The notes: generated from the letters alone by a model not told the origin. A stretch of DNA of 64,000 nucleotides from Eledone cirrhosa (GCA_964016885.1 OZ024761.1:5580001-5644000); one strand, 5' to 3'; shown: positions 29,486 through 44,500, counted from the first letter of the stretch. Translations and numbers: made by a program.

Positions 29486-30374
29486 AAGTAGTAGTGGTAG
29501 TAGTAGTAGTAATAGCAGTAGTAGCAGTAGTAGTAGTAGAAGTAGTAGTGGTAGTAGTATTAGTAGTAGTAGTAGTAGTAGCAGCAGTAATAGTAGTAGT
29601 AGTAGAAGTAGTAGCAGCAGCAGCAGTAGTAGTAGTAGCAGCAGTAGCAGCAGTACTAGCAGCAGTAGTAGTAGTAGTAGTAACAGCAGCAGTAGTAGTA
29701 GTAGCAGCAGTACTAGCAGTAGTAGTAGTAGTAACAGTAGCAGTAGTAGCAGCAGTAGTAGTAGCAGCAGTACTAGCAGTAGTAGTAGTTGTAGTAGTAG
29801 TAAAAATGTATTTTCACCAAACGATATAAGATGGATTAATGCCATTTAATTCGTCCACAGAGTATTACTGGTACTTTATTGATCCCGTAAAGATGAAAGA
29901 CAAAGTTAATGATGGCGGGATTTGAACTCAGAACGTAAAGGGCCGTAACTCTATGCTGCAAAACACGGAATAATGTTAATGACGTGATAGTATTGTTTGA
30001 CTAACGTTGAGAGTGACAGTTGAGAAGGTGGCGCTCCGTCCATTCCGCTTATACACACACACATGCATGCATGCACACACACACACATGCATGCATGCAT
30101 GCATACACACACATACATATACACACACACACATTCATGCATGCACACACATACACACACACACACACACATGCATGCACACACACACATGCATGCACAC
30201 ACATGCATTCATGCACACACAGACACACACCCATGCACGAACACACACACATGCATGCATGCACACACGCACGCACGCACACACACATGCATGCACGCAC
30301 GCACACACACATGCACGCACACGCACACACACATGTGCACGCACACACACACACATGCACACACACACACACAT

Positions 30375-30413
<39 letters not shown>

Positions 30414-33400
30414 CATCCACACACACACACATGCACAGACACACACACACAAACACACACTCACACCTCCCTACAAATAAACACACACACATACACACAC
30501 TTACCCTACAAATAAACACACACACACTTACCTTACACACACACACACTTACCCTATAAATAAACACACACACATTCACACACACACATACACACTTACC
30601 TTACACATACACACTGACACAAATACATAACGATGACGTTGTTTTGGTTGGTGCGTTTGACGTTGTTATGTATGGTGTCTCTTGTTGATAGTGATGGTGG
30701 TAGTGGTGGTGGTGGTGGTGGTGGTCATGGTGGTGGTGCTGCTGCTGATGATGGTCATTGATGGTGATGGTCATGGTGGTAATGGTGGTGGTGGTGATGG
30801 TGTTGCTGATAATGATGGTGGTGGTGACGATGATGGTGGTGGTGGTGGTGGTAGTAGTGGTAGCTATGGTGGTCATGGTGGTCATGGTAGTGGTGCTGGT
30901 GGTAGCTATGGTGGTAGTGGTAGTGGTAGTGGTCGTGGTGGTGGTAACTGTAGTGGTAGTGGTGGTGGTAGTGGTGGTGGTTGTGGTAGTGGTGGTGGTA
31001 GCTATGGTGGTAGTGGTAGTGGTGGTGGTGTTGGCGGTCATGGTAGTGGTGTTGGTGGTGGTAGCTATGGCGGTTATGGTAGTGGTGTTGGTGGTGGTAG
31101 CTGTGGTGGTAGTGGTAATGTTGGTGGCGGTGGTAGTGGTGGTGGTAGCTATGGCGGTCATGGTAGTGGTGGTGGTGGTGGTAGCTATGGCGGCCATGGT
31201 AATGGTGGTGGTGGTGGTAGCTATGGTGGTAGTGGTAGTGGTGGTGGCGGTGGTAGTGGTGGTGGTAGCTATGGCGGCCATGGTAGTGATGGTGGTGGTG
31301 GTAGCTATGGCGGCCATGGTAGTGATGGTGGTGGTGGTAGCTATGGCGGTCGTCATTTCAAATTTAAGCAAAAGGCCAGCAATTTAAGTGGAAGAGAAAT
31401 TCGGTTAAATTAATCCCAGCACATCACTGGTACTTTAATTTATCGACCCCTGAGAGATGAAGGGCAAAGATGACCTTGGTGGGAACTTAGGACAAGCGGG
31501 ACAAACGTGGTTCCATCATCACCTCCGCACCCTTAACAACATAGCCGCGATAATATGGGGGTTTGGTGATGCTGGTGGTAGTAGTGGTGTTGGTGGTGGT
31601 GTGGTGGTGGTGGTAGTGTGGTGATGGTAGTGGTGGTGGTGTGGTGGTGGTGGTGGTGTGGTGGTGCTGGTGTGGTGATGGTAGTGGTAGTGCTGCTGTG
31701 GTGATGGTAGTGGTGGTGGTGTGGTGGTGGTGGTAGTGGTGGTGTGGTGGTGGTAGTGGTGGTGGTGGTGTTGATGTGCTGCTGCTGCTGCTGGTGTTGA
31801 TGGTGTTAGTATTGGTGTGTATGTCTGTTGTTGGTGGTGGTGGTGGTGCTACGTATGTGTTTTTGTGTGTGCTGGTGTTGCATGTGTGTAGTGTTGTGTG
31901 TGTGTGTGGTGTTGTGTGTGTGTGTGTATGGTGTTGCATGTGTGTAGTGTTGTGTGTGTGTGTGGTGTTGTGTGTGTGTGTGCTGGTGTTGCATTGTGTA
32001 GTGTTGTGTGTGTGTGTATGGTGTTGCATGTGTGCGGTGTTGTGTGTGTGTGGTGTTGCATGTGTGTGGTGTTGTATGGTGTTGTGATTGTGTGATGTTG
32101 TATGTGTGTGTATGCTGTTGCAGTGTTGGTGTTGGTGGTGTTGTATGGTGTAGCAGTGGTAGTAGTGGTGTAGTATGGTGCAACAGTGTTGGTCGTGGTG
32201 TAGTGTGGCGTGGTAGTGTAGTATGTTGTAGCAGTGTTCGTGGTGTTGTGTGGTGTAGCAGTGTAGTGTGGTGTGGTAGTGGTGGTGTAGTGTGGTGTAG
32301 CAGTGTAGTATGGTGTAGCAGTGTTGGTGGTGTAGTGTGGTGTAGCAGTGTAGTATGGTGTAGCAGTGTTGGTGGTGTAGTGTGGTGTAGCAGTGTAGTA
32401 TGGTGTAGCAGCAGTGGTAGTGGTGGTGTAGTGTGGTGTAGCAGTGTAGTATGGTGTAGCAGCAGTGGTAGTGGTGGTGTAGCAGTGTAGTATGTTGTAG
32501 CAGCAGTGGTAGTGGTGGTGTAGTGTGGTGTAGCAGTGTAGTATGGTGTAGCAGCAGTGGTAGTGGTGGTGTAGCAGTGTAGTATGGTGTAGCAGCAGTG
32601 GTAGTGGTGGTGTAGTGGTGGTGTAGCAGTGTAGTATGGTGTAGCAGCAGTGGTAGTGGTGGTGTAGCAGTGTAGTATGGTGTAGCAGCAGTGGTAGTGG
32701 TGGTGTAGTGTGGTGTAGCAGTGTAGTATGGTGTAGCAGCAGTGGTAGTGGTGGTGTAGCAGTGTAGTATGGTGTAGCAGCAGTGGTAGTGGTGGTGTAG
32801 TGTGGTGTAGCAGTGTAGTATGGTGTAGCAGCAGTGGTAGTGGTGGTGTAGCAGTGTAGTATGTTGTAGCAGCAGTGGTAGTGGTGGTGTAGTGGTGGTG
32901 TAGCAGTGTAGTATGGTGTAGCAGCAGTGGTAGTGGTGGTGTAGCAGTGTAGTATGGTGTAGCAGCAGTGGTAGTGGTGGTGTAGTGGTGGTGTAGCAGT
33001 GTAGTATGGTGTAGCAGCAGTGGTAGTGGTGGTGTAGTATGGTGTAGCAGCACTGGTAGTGGTGGTGTAGTGTGGTGTAGCAGTGTAGTATGGTGTAGCA
33101 GCAGTGGTAGTGGTGGTGTAGTGGTGGTGTAACAGTGTAGTATGGTGTAGCAGCAGTGGTAGTGGTGGTGTAGCAGTGTAGTATGGTGTAGCAGCAGTGG
33201 TAGTGGTGGTGTAGTATGGTGTAGCAGCAGTGGTAGTGGTGGTGTAGTGTGGTGTAGCAGTGTAGTATGGTGTAGCAGCAGTGGTAGTGGTGGTGTAGTG
33301 TGGTGTAGCAGTGTAGTATGGTGTAGCAGCAGTGGTAGTGGTGGTGTAGTGTGGTGTAGCAGTGTAGTATGGTGTAGCAGCAGTGGTAGTGGTGGTGTAG

Positions 33401-33560
33401 CAGTGTAGTATGGTGTAGCAGCAGTGGTAGTGGTGGTGTAGTGTGGTGTAGCAGTGTAGTATGGTGTAGCAGCAGTGGTAGTGGTGGTGTAGCAGTGTAG
33501 TATGGTATAGCAGCAGTGGTAGTGGTGTAGTGTGGTGTGGTGAAGCAGTGTAGTATGGTG
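28950..33560. repeat. (GTA)n/(GGT)n/(GCA)n microsatellites and complex tagcagtgtagtatggtg satellite, with SINE fragments at 29855-30045 and 31370-31485
   Basis: Directly visible; SINE body tatcgacccc..gatgaa.ggcaaag on minus strand. Confidence 0.9.
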
Positions 33561-33982
33561 TTGATGTCAATGATGTAGTAAAAGGTATATATAGTATATT
33601 GTACTACCTGAATGTGAATCTCCTGATACAACAGTTCTGTAAGCAGCGATGGTTTACTGCGTCAAACTTCTGACTTCTCTAAAGTAGCTACATCAACTCA
33701 GACAACAACAATGTCTTCTTCCTCTCCAACAGCCTCTCATTCATCATCGTCACGTGTTTTCATCCCGGGAATTATTTCAACCATTGTTTCGCATCTCTTT
33801 ATTCTTTCATTCCGTCATTCTTTCATTCCTGTTGTATTTTTCATTCCCTTAGTTCTTCAGTTCCACCATTCCGTCATTCTTCTTTTCATTTCCTTGTCTT
33901 ATTCACGACTCCTTTCTTTTCTCTTCCTTCCGCTTTCTTGGCCGAGTTTATATATATTCATACATACACATACATACATATA

Positions 33983-34057
<75 letters not shown>

Positions 34058-34132
34058 TCTGCTTAAATGAGTTGAGTGGTCTTTTGGTTACGCATGTACA
34101 CAGAACACCCTTTCTATATATACATATACCCC

Positions 34133-34215
<83 letters not shown>

Positions 34216-34424
34216 TTAATGTATGTATATGTATATAGTGTATATATAGTGTATAGATAAACGTGTAGTGTGTATAATAACGTTCGACAAAGCAACAAAG
34301 AAAGCTCAATTGTATTAATGCAAATGTTAAAAATTCCTGATGGAAATTCTTGAAATTCGATCCGACTATCGTGATTGATCTTCTACGAGAACCTAATCAT
34401 TTCTCCTTCTTTCCGTTTGTTACT

Positions 34425-35300
34425 GTTAGTATTGAGCCTTGATCCCTGTGTCAGTTGTATTGGTGTTAGTATTGAGTCTTGATCCCTGTGTCGGGACGTG
34501 TCTGGTGTTAGTATTGAGCCTTGATCCCTGTGTCAGTTGTATTGGTGTTAGTATTGAGCCTTCTTCCCTGTGTCGGAACGTGTCTGGTGTTAGTATTGAG
34601 CCTTCTTCCCTGTGTCGGGACGTGTCTGGTGTTAATATTGAGTCTTCTTCCCTGTGTCGGGACGTGTCTGGTGTTAGTATTGAGCCTTGATCCCTGTGTC
34701 AGGACGTGTCTGGTGTTAGTATTGAGCCTTCTTCCCTGTGTCAGGACGTGTCTGGTGTTAGTATTGAGCCTTCTTCCCTGTGTCAGGACGTGTCTGGTGT
34801 TAGTATTGAGCCTTCTTCTCTGTGTCAGGACGTGTCTGGTGTTAGTATTGAGCCTTCTTCCCTGTGTCAGGACGTGTCTGGTGTTAGTATTGAGCCTTCT
34901 TCCCTGTGTCGGGACGTGTCTGGTGTTAGTATTGAGCCTTCTTCCCTGTGTCGGGACGTGTCTGGTGTTAATATTGAGCCTTCTTCCCTGTGTCAGGACG
35001 TGTCTGGTGTTAGTATTGAGCCTTCTTCCCTGTGTCGGGACGTGTCTGGTGTTAGTATTGAGCCTTCTTCCCTGTGTCGGGACGTGTCTGGTGTTAGTAT
35101 TGAGCCTTCTTCCCTGTGTCGGGACGTGTCTGGTGTTAGTATTGAGCCTTCTTCCCTGTGTCAGGACGTGTCTGGTGTTAGTATTGAGCCTTCTTCCCTG
35201 TGTCAGGACGTGTCTGGTGTTAGTATTGAGCCTTCTTCCCTGTGTCGGGACGTGTCTGGTGTTAGTATTGAGCCTTCTTCCCTGTGTCAGGACGTGTCTG
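34425..35300. repeat. 42-bp minisatellite, ~20 copies
   Basis: Unit gtattgagccttcttccctgtgtc(a/g)ggacgtgtctggtgtta. Confidence 0.97.
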
Positions 35301-35855
35301 GACTCAACAAACTGCTATGTGTTCCTCTCAACGAATCAACGCCAATATTTTGCCATTCATGCAGTATATATTCGTCCGTAACTATTTTTCCATTCTTCTG
35401 TCGCTCTTTCCTCCCATTCTCTGTTCGATCTCCATCTCGTTGGTTGTTGCTATTGTTATAGTTGTTGTTGTTATTGATTATTTCATGTCGTTGTTGTCTT
35501 GTGGCTGCTATTGTTATTGTAGTACATATCGATTGGTGATCGTTTCAATACAATAACATGAAATACACACACATACATACACACATACAGAGAGCCACAC
35601 ACAGACACACAGACACACACACATGCACATACACGCACACACAGACACACACACATGCACATACACGCACACACAGACACACAGACACACACACACAGAC
35701 ACACACACATACACACATACACACACACAGACACACACACAGACAGACACACATACAGAGAGCCACACACAGACACACACACATACACATACACGCACAC
35801 ACAGACACTCAGACACACACATACACACTCACACGCACACACAGACACACAGACA

Positions 35856-35911
<56 letters not shown>

Positions 35912-36125
35912 TACATATATCAAGGCGGAATGTATAAAAGGGGTGTGTTACGATATAAACGTTGCTTTACAAATATATATTTTCTACTTTCACTATCGCA
36001 ACTGGTAATCTTTTCTACTTTCACTTTTACAACCGTCTCTAATGGTTTCTCTGTTTCACTTCATTTTTCCTCTTTTCTTCATCCAAACATCAACCGTTCC
36101 ACTGCTTTATGTTACTTTCCAACAC

Positions 36126-36250
<125 letters not shown>

Positions 36251-36575
36251 TGTACGTCAATAATGTATATACACACACACACGTGTGTGTGTGTGTGTGT
36301 ATGTATGCATGTATGTATATGTGTATGTATGTGTTTATGCATGTATGTATATGTGTGTTTATGCATGTATGTATGTGTGTGTGTATGTATGAATGTATGT
36401 GTGTGTGTATGTATGCATGTATGTATATGTGTATGTATGTGTTTATGCATGTATGTATGTGTGTGTATGTGTTTATGCATGTATGTATGTGTGTGTGTAT
36501 GCATGTGTGTATGTATGTATGTATATATACATGCATGTATGTATGTATGTATGTAGGCTTGTATATATGCATGCT

Positions 36576-36632
<57 letters not shown>

Positions 36633-36758
36633 GTTAAACAAGGTTCAATGAATAAATCAAAGAATGAGTTTTACAATAGATTGGAAGCACTCAACAGAAA
36701 TGACTACCATGACTGAATCTTAACCATCTACTATGTCAGGGTATGTCATGCATCATCT

Positions 36759-36825
36759 TATTTTATCTGATGAGGACGTACTGTTGAATTTAACTCAGTA
36801 CCTCTGAAATATGTATAATAAAATA
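36759..36825 (+). ncRNA. Type I hammerhead ribozyme, family K
   Basis: tattttat CTGATGA ggacgtactg-ttgaatttaact-cagtacctct GAAA tatgt ATA ataaaata; perfect 8-bp helix I; core 36767-36773. Confidence 0.9.
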
Positions 36826-36865
36826 TACTTGATCACAAGAATATCTATTTTGTTAATATTTTGAA

Positions 36866-36903
<38 letters not shown>

Positions 36904-37002
36904 TGTGTGTGTGTGTGTGTATAAATTATATTTAATTTGTTGGGATACAATAAGCAAATATTTTTATAACTGATATAAAGCACTCAACACATTTTTGGAG
37001 TA

Positions 37003-37046
<44 letters not shown>

Positions 37047-37175
37047 ATAATATTTTTTTCTTTCGTTCTTTTTCCTTTTCTTTATTCCAACGGCTTAATT
37101 TAAATGTATGGGATTTAAACCTTTCCGACCCTAATTTGCATAATAGGCCAATAATAAAATTAGTAACCCCACTAT

Positions 37176-37433
37176 CCGGGAGCTTCCAACCGACATGGTT
37201 GCATTCTTTAAGGGTATGTCAATATTTGTTTATAAAACTGATCTTTTGCCTTTCATCGAGGGTCGATAAAATAAAGTACCAGTAATGTACTGGGTAATTG
37301 CTGGCCTTGTGCCTAAAGTAGAAACAATTATATTTTATCTGATGAAAGCGCACCATAATTTGCTTCGGTGTCCTTGAAATATGTATAATGAAATAAATAT
37401 GGTTTTATAAATATAGTTTCCATTTGTTAATAT

Positions 37434-37435
<2 letters not shown>
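37176..37435 (+). mobile_element. Family A module with hammerhead (core 37339-37345), interrupted by SINE fragment 37241-37328
   Basis: Upstream ccgggagcttccaac...gtatgtcaatattt matches 47950-48060; the SINE 3' part sits in the helix I 5' arm. Confidence 0.8.
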
Positions 37436-37494
<59 letters not shown>

Positions 37495-37949
37495 TATATA
37501 TATATAATGTATGTATACAGAGTGTATATATAAATGTAGAAAATCGGGCGGTGCCAAACGTTTTACAACTATATGATTCTATAAGAACAAGAATTTGCTG
37601 CATACCTTTCAATAGTGTCCACAACTTCTTACAGACACGTGTACACATTCACATGTATAGGTGTATAGTTGTAGAGTTATTACAGTTATATACATACATG
37701 TATACATTCACACCTACATGCATATATACATACATATATACATTCATATATACATACATATATACATTCATATATACATACACAAGTACGTACATACATG
37801 CACATACACACACATGTCTATATATGTGTGTGTGTGTATATGTGTGTGTGTATGTAAATGTGTATATATATATATGTATCTCTATGTATATATATATATA
37901 TATATGCATATATATACATACATGTACGATATTAAATAAATGGAAACTA

Positions 37950-38040
37950 TATTTATAAAACCATATTTATTTCGCTATATATATTTCAGGGATATCATAT
38001 TAACAATATGCTATGCCTTCCTCAGACAATGTATATATTT
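37950..38040 (-). ncRNA. Hammerhead subfamily A2 (CUGAGGA core)
   Basis: Reverse complement: CTGAGGA aggcatagcatatt-gtt-aatatgatatccct GAAA tatat ATA; core 38019-38025. Confidence 0.75.
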
Positions 38041-38050
38041 ATATGCATGC

Positions 38051-38419
<369 letters not shown>

Positions 38420-38511
38420 TATATATTCATATATATATATATATACAGATATATATGTATATATATGTATATATCTATATGTATCTATATGTGTGTGTGT
38501 GTATAGGTATG

Positions 38512-38593
<82 letters not shown>

Positions 38594-38655
38594 TATATAT
38601 ATATATATATATATATTCATATATATATATATATACATACAGATCTATATGTATA

Positions 38656-38750
<95 letters not shown>

Positions 38751-38835
38751 TGGAAGCTGAAATGACAACAGTGATAGTGAGGCAGTAGAGTGTCCGTGGT
38801 GTGTGAAATAATATAAATAATATAAAGCAACTTAC

Positions 38836-38897
38836 ACTGTATACTTGTGAGGCTGTGTTGTCTTGTCATCTATATCTGCTCCGTGGTCACTCTTCAT
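38836..38897 (-). CDS. Candidate first coding exon MKSDHGADIDDKTTQPHKYT(V), gene unknown
   Basis: acaATGa start, upstream in-frame stop, followed by canonical donor GTAAGT at 38835; promoter-like island ~1 kb upstream. Confidence 0.3.
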
Positions 38898-39299
38898 TGT
38901 GTCACCATTCTGTGGCCAGTGCCGCTGTCCTCACCGTCATCACCATCACCACCATCATCTGACTCGTCTTCATTGTTATTATTGTTATTATTGTTATTAT
39001 TATCACAGTATCATCATCATCATCATCATCGTCTTACTCATCATCTTACTCATCAACGTCATCGGCGTGATCGGCGTCATCGTCCGCATCATTATCATCG
39101 ACATCGTCCTCGCTTTCGTCTTTTTCCTCTTCATCATTCACAGCTTCAGCATCAATTTAAAACATCATCTGATCGATGTTGTTAATCAATAATCAATCAA
39201 ATAATAAAATAAATGAATAAAACAAAAGTTAAATTTCTGGAAGTTTTTCTTCTGTTGGTTTGGTGGTGGTTGTTGTTGTTGTTGTTGTTGGTTGTTGTT

Positions 39300-39695
39300 G
39301 CTGTTGGTTGTTGTTGTTTCGACTGTGCACCTTCCTCTAATATCTCTGTTGGTTGTTGTTGTTTCGACTGTCAACCTTCCTCTAATATCTCTGTTGGTTG
39401 TTGTTGTTGTTTCGACTGTGCACCTTCCTCTAATATCTCTGTTGGTTGTTGTTGTTTCGACTGTCAACCTTCCTCTAATATCTCTGTGTCAACCTTCCTC
39501 TAATATCTCTGTTGGTTGTTGTTGTTGTTTCGACTGTGCACCTTCCTCTAATATCTCTGTTGGTTGTTGTTGTTTCGACTGTCAACCTTCCTCTAATATC
39601 TCTGCTGGTTGTTGTTGTTTCGACTGTCAACCTTCCTCTAATATCTCTGTTGGTTGTTGTTGTTGTTTCGACTGTGCACCTTCCTCTAATATCTC
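39300..39695. repeat. 42-46 bp minisatellite
   Basis: Unit ttgttgtttcgactgt(gc/ca)accttcctctaatatctctgttgg. Confidence 0.9.
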
Positions 39696-39849
39696 ACGAG
39701 GCAACAAGTGGCATTGTAGCAAAATATTATAAAAATAGTTCGAAAAAAACTTCTTTTTTTTTTAAATACTGAAAAATTGTGGCTGCTGTATTCCAGGTGA
39801 ATAGATCGAATAAGGCGTCTGGTAGAGGGAAAAATCAATCAATCAATGT

Positions 39850-40178
39850 CCGGGTGTAACAGTTCGAAATATTGGCAAAGGGGAGATAAAAAAACAAACA
39901 AAAGAAGAACGTCTATAGATGGCGCCACGTTGTCTGGTGTCCGTAAATATCACACTTGTTCACGTTGGCGTCAGGCGAAACAAACGTCTTGGTGCAAGGT
40001 GTGGTGGGGTGTGCAGGGTGGTGTGTGGGGTGGCCCGTGCGGTGGCCTGTGAGGTGGTCTAGGGTCGGGGAGGGACAGGCAACGTGTTGCGATGATGACG
40101 TCATCACTGGACAAATGAAACTCACGCCGGTCCGCCCAGCTAAGATGTGGAAAGGATAGGAAAATGATAAAGATGGCG

Positions 40179-40180
<2 letters not shown>
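39850..40180. promoter_or_regulatory. CpG-retaining promoter-like island
   Basis: CRE palindrome tgaTGACGTCAtca 40093-40106, GC box CCGCCC 40132-40137, YY1-like AAGATGGCG 40170-40178, CTCF-like TAGATGGCGCCA 39916-39927. Confidence 0.45.
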
Positions 40181-40228
<48 letters not shown>

Positions 40229-40321
40229 GGTACTAGTGGTGGTGGTGGTAGCTATAGGGTTTGAGGAAAAAGACGGAAAAGAAGAAGAAAGAACGAGCTG
40301 GGAGAAAAGGACAGTAATGGG

Positions 40322-40364
<43 letters not shown>

Positions 40365-40544
40365 AGGGAGAGAGAGAGAGGGAGAGTGAGAGGGGGATAA
40401 GGAGAGAGAGAGAGAGAGTACAACACTTGTGTGTTGACTGGCAGTGCTGTTTGCAACGACTGACGGTAGAATGACTTGACTGGACTTTTATACCAGCTAA
40501 TGATGGCTCTTCCACTGAGTTACACTCCAAACTGGTACTCACTA

Positions 40545-40673
40545 TATCTCCCTCCTCTCTCTCTCTCCCTCTCTCTCCTTCCTCTCTCTCTCTATATATA
40601 TATATATTTCTCTCTCCTCTCTCTCTCCTTCCTCTCTCTCTATATATATATATTTCTCTTTCTCTCTCTCTCC

Positions 40674-40762
<89 letters not shown>

Positions 40763-40858
40763 CTCTCTCTCTCCCTCTCTCTCCTTCCTCTCTCTCTATA
40801 TATATATATTTCTCTCTCCTCTCTCTCTCTCCTTCCTCTCTCTCTCTCTATATATATT

Positions 40859-40901
<43 letters not shown>

Positions 40902-42600
40902 TCCTCTCTCTCTCTCCTTCCTCTCTCTCTCTATATATATAATTCTCCCCCTCTCTCTCTCTCTCTCCTTTCTCTCTCTCTCTATATATATTTCTCCCTC
41001 CTCTCTCTCTCCTTCCTCTCTCCTTCCTCTCTCTCTCTATATATATATGTATCCCCTTGCTCTCTTTCCCTCTCTCTCTCCTTCCCCTCTCTCTCTCTAT
41101 ATATATTTCTTACCTTCTCTCTCTATCTCCTTCCTCTCTCTATATATATATATTTCTCTCTCCTCTCTCTCTCCTTCCTCTCTCTCTCTCTATATATATA
41201 TATTTCTCTCTCCTCTCTCTCTCCTTCCTCTCTCTCTATATATATCTATCTCCCACACTCCCCTCTCTCCTCTCTCTCCCTATATATATATAGAGCTCCC
41301 CCTCTCCTCTCCCCCTTTCTCTCCTCTCTCTCTATATATCTCCCTCTCCTCGGCCCCCTCTTTCTCTCTGTCTCTATATATAACTCCTCCTCCATCTCTT
41401 TCTTTTCCTCTTCCCCCTCCTCATCATTATCATTATATTCATCCTCAACCCCCCTCCCCACCACACCTCCACCTCCACCACCAACATCACCAACATCACC
41501 ACCACCACCAGCAACACCACTACCACCACCACTACTCCCACTACCTACACCACCACCACCACGAACATCACCACTCTACCGCCACCACCGCTACCACAAC
41601 CACACCACCACACCACCACCACCAGTACAATACCACCACCACCACCACTATCACCAACACCACTACCACCACAGCCAAAACCACCACCACCACCATCACC
41701 AACACCAGAACCACCACCACCACCACCACCACTACCACAACCAGAACCACCACCACCACCACCACCACCACCACACCACCACCACCAGTACAATACCACC
41801 ACCACCACCACTATCACCAACACCACTACCACCACAGCCAAAACCACCACCACCACCATCACCAACACCAGAACCACCACCACCACCACCACCACTACCA
41901 CAACCAGAACCACCACCACCACCACCACCACCACCACACCACCACCACCAGTACAATACCACCACCACCACCACTATCACCAACACCACTACCACCACAA
42001 CCAAAACCACCACCACCACCATCACCAACACCAGAACCACTACCACCACCACCACTACCACCAACACCACCAGCAACACTATCCCACCACCATCAGATAA
42101 CATCACATACCATCTCACCCCCCACTACCACTACCAACACCACTGCTGTCATACCATCACATACCAACACCATTGCCATCCTACCCACTACCACCACCAC
42201 CACCACCACATCACCACCATCACTACCACCACCACCATCACCACATCACCACCATCACTACCGCCTCCACCGCTACAAATACCATCACTTACCATCACCA
42301 CCACCACCACACTATTCCCCCCCCACACACTGTCCCCCACAGCACTGTCCCCACCCCTACCACACTGTCCCCCCTCTCACCACACTGTCCCCCCTCCCAA
42401 CACACTGCCCCCCCACTCCACTGTCTCCCCCCCACACTGTCCCCCCTCGCACCACACTGTCACCCCCACCACACTGTCACCCCACCCCCCACACACTGTC
42501 CCCCACCCCCACCACCAATCAATCCAGCCAATTCCATCACATTATAACAATTTCCCATCTCTTCTCCCCCCCCTCTGCTCTTGTTGCCAGACGACAAAAC

Positions 42601-42639
<39 letters not shown>

Positions 42640-42665
42640 AAATATCTCTGACCATCTCTCTATTT

Positions 42666-42729
<64 letters not shown>

Positions 42730-42895
42730 CTCTCTGTCTCTCTCTATCTATCTATCTCTGACCATCTCTCTCTTTCTATCTCACTCTCTCTCTCTCTATC
42801 TCTCTCTGCCTCTCTATCTCTCTCTCTCTCTATCTATCTGTCTGTCCATCCATCTATCTCTATCCCTCCCCCCTCTCTCTCTCTCTATATATATA
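40545..42895. repeat. (CT)n and (ACC)n compound microsatellites
   Basis: Directly visible; source of the 761-aa and 534-aa artefact ORFs. Confidence 0.95.
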
Positions 42896-42899
42896 TATA

Positions 42900-43082
42900 T
42901 AGTTTTTCTACTTTTGCCACAAGGTCAGCGATTACCCCAGTACACCACTGGTACTTTATTTTATCGACCCCGTAAGGATGAAAGGCAAAGTTAACCTCGG
43001 CGGGATTTGAACTCAGATCACAAAGGATCATAGCTGTATGCTGCAAAACAGGGTGTCTGACGCTCTACCGATACTGCCAAAC
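42900..43082 (-). mobile_element. tRNA-derived SINE, near full length
   Basis: Reverse complement of the 59564-59747 family; another 3' fragment at 44598-44695. Confidence 0.85.
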
Positions 43083-43098
43083 CACACACACACACACG

Positions 43099-43143
<45 letters not shown>

Positions 43144-43306
43144 CTGTTTGTGTGTGTTTATATATATATATATGGTGTATATATGTATAATTATGGTGGC
43201 ATGTATGTATGTATGTATGTATGTATGTATGTATGTATGTATGCTTGTATGTATGTATGTATGTATGTATGCATGTATATATATATATACATATATATAT
43301 GCATGC

Positions 43307-43340
<34 letters not shown>

Positions 43341-43498
43341 CTGTTTGTGTGTGTTTATATATATATATCGTGTATATATGTATAATTATGCATGCAAATA
43401 TGACCGTGCTTGTATGTATGTATGTATGTATGTATGCATGTATATATATATACATATATATATGAATGCATATATATATATATATGTATATATATGCA

Positions 43499-43535
<37 letters not shown>

Positions 43536-43667
43536 GCATGCACATACACATATTAACACAGTAAGGTACTCAATACATTAGTAGAGTGTATATGTCAGAA
43601 TTCAGTATAGAATTGGCTTCTACAGGACTAGAGCTGTTTCATTCCAATGAAATCATCATCAATGTAT

Positions 43668-43729
<62 letters not shown>

Positions 43730-43731
43730 AC

Positions 43732-43763
<32 letters not shown>

Positions 43764-44113
43764 ATTTGCTTGTGTGTCTCTATATATGTGTATGTGTGTC
43801 TATGTGTGTGTGTGTGTATTTGCTTGTGTGTCTCTATATATATGTGTATGTGTGTGTTTGTATGTGTGTCTATGTGTGTGTGTGTGTATTTGCTTGTGTG
43901 TCTCTATGTATGTGTGTGTGTGTCTATGTGTGTGTTTGCTTGTGTGTCTCCCTATATATGTGTATGTGTGGGTGTCTGTACTTTAGATTAAATTATACAT
44001 GTTCCTACATCCGTGTCAGAAAGATTGTGAAAAAAAATAAGAACCGTCTGGAATCGAACTTGGTATGTCACCTTTTACCTGGCATATCTCGCATTGAAGG
44101 GGAATTTTAGCAG

Positions 44114-44163
<50 letters not shown>

Positions 44164-44205
44164 CTGTGTGTGTCTGTGTGTATATATATATATATATATA
44201 TATAC

Positions 44206-44468
44206 GTAGGTCCCGGGTTGAGTCGGCGATAACCACAGTAAGTAAGGTACTCAATACATGGCAGAGTAAAAAAAAATTTATTTTATAGAAGGAGCTTCTA
44301 CAGGACTAGTACTGTTTCATTCAATGAAATCTTCAGGAAGCTGGGTGTCAGATTAAGTTCTGGTATTTATACCGTATAAATACCAGAACTTAATCTGACA
44401 CCCAGCTTCCTGAAGATTTCATTGAATGAAACAGTACTAGTCCTGTAGAAGCTCCTTCTATAAAATAA

Positions 44469-44470
<2 letters not shown>
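44206..44470. mobile_element. Family C module with perfect 97-bp inverted repeat and two hammerheads (minus 44291-44343, plus 44403-44455)
   Basis: agcttc CTGAAGA tttcattgaat GAAA cag-tactagtc-ctg TA gaagct; arms 44276-44372 and 44374-44470; degenerate copy at 43555-43662. Confidence 0.85.

Positions 44471-44500
<30 letters not shown>

Noticed and set aside
30682-31413. Gly-rich ORF with GGSYGGHG repeats resembling a structural protein
   Set aside because: Built from (GGT)n microsatellite, open in multiple frames, no ATG-led signal peptide, and runs into a SINE tail
33608-33680. Second exon joining the 38836 donor
   Set aside because: Weak acceptors, most phases give stops, and no recognisable peptide
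34425-35300. 42-bp array (and the 27-, 40- and 64-bp arrays) as CRISPR-like or repeat-protein genes
   Set aside because: Head-to-tail units with no unique spacers, no cas genes, eukaryotic context
40476-42761. 761-aa Pro/His/Ser-Leu ORF
   Set aside because: (CT)n and (ACC)n microsatellite translation
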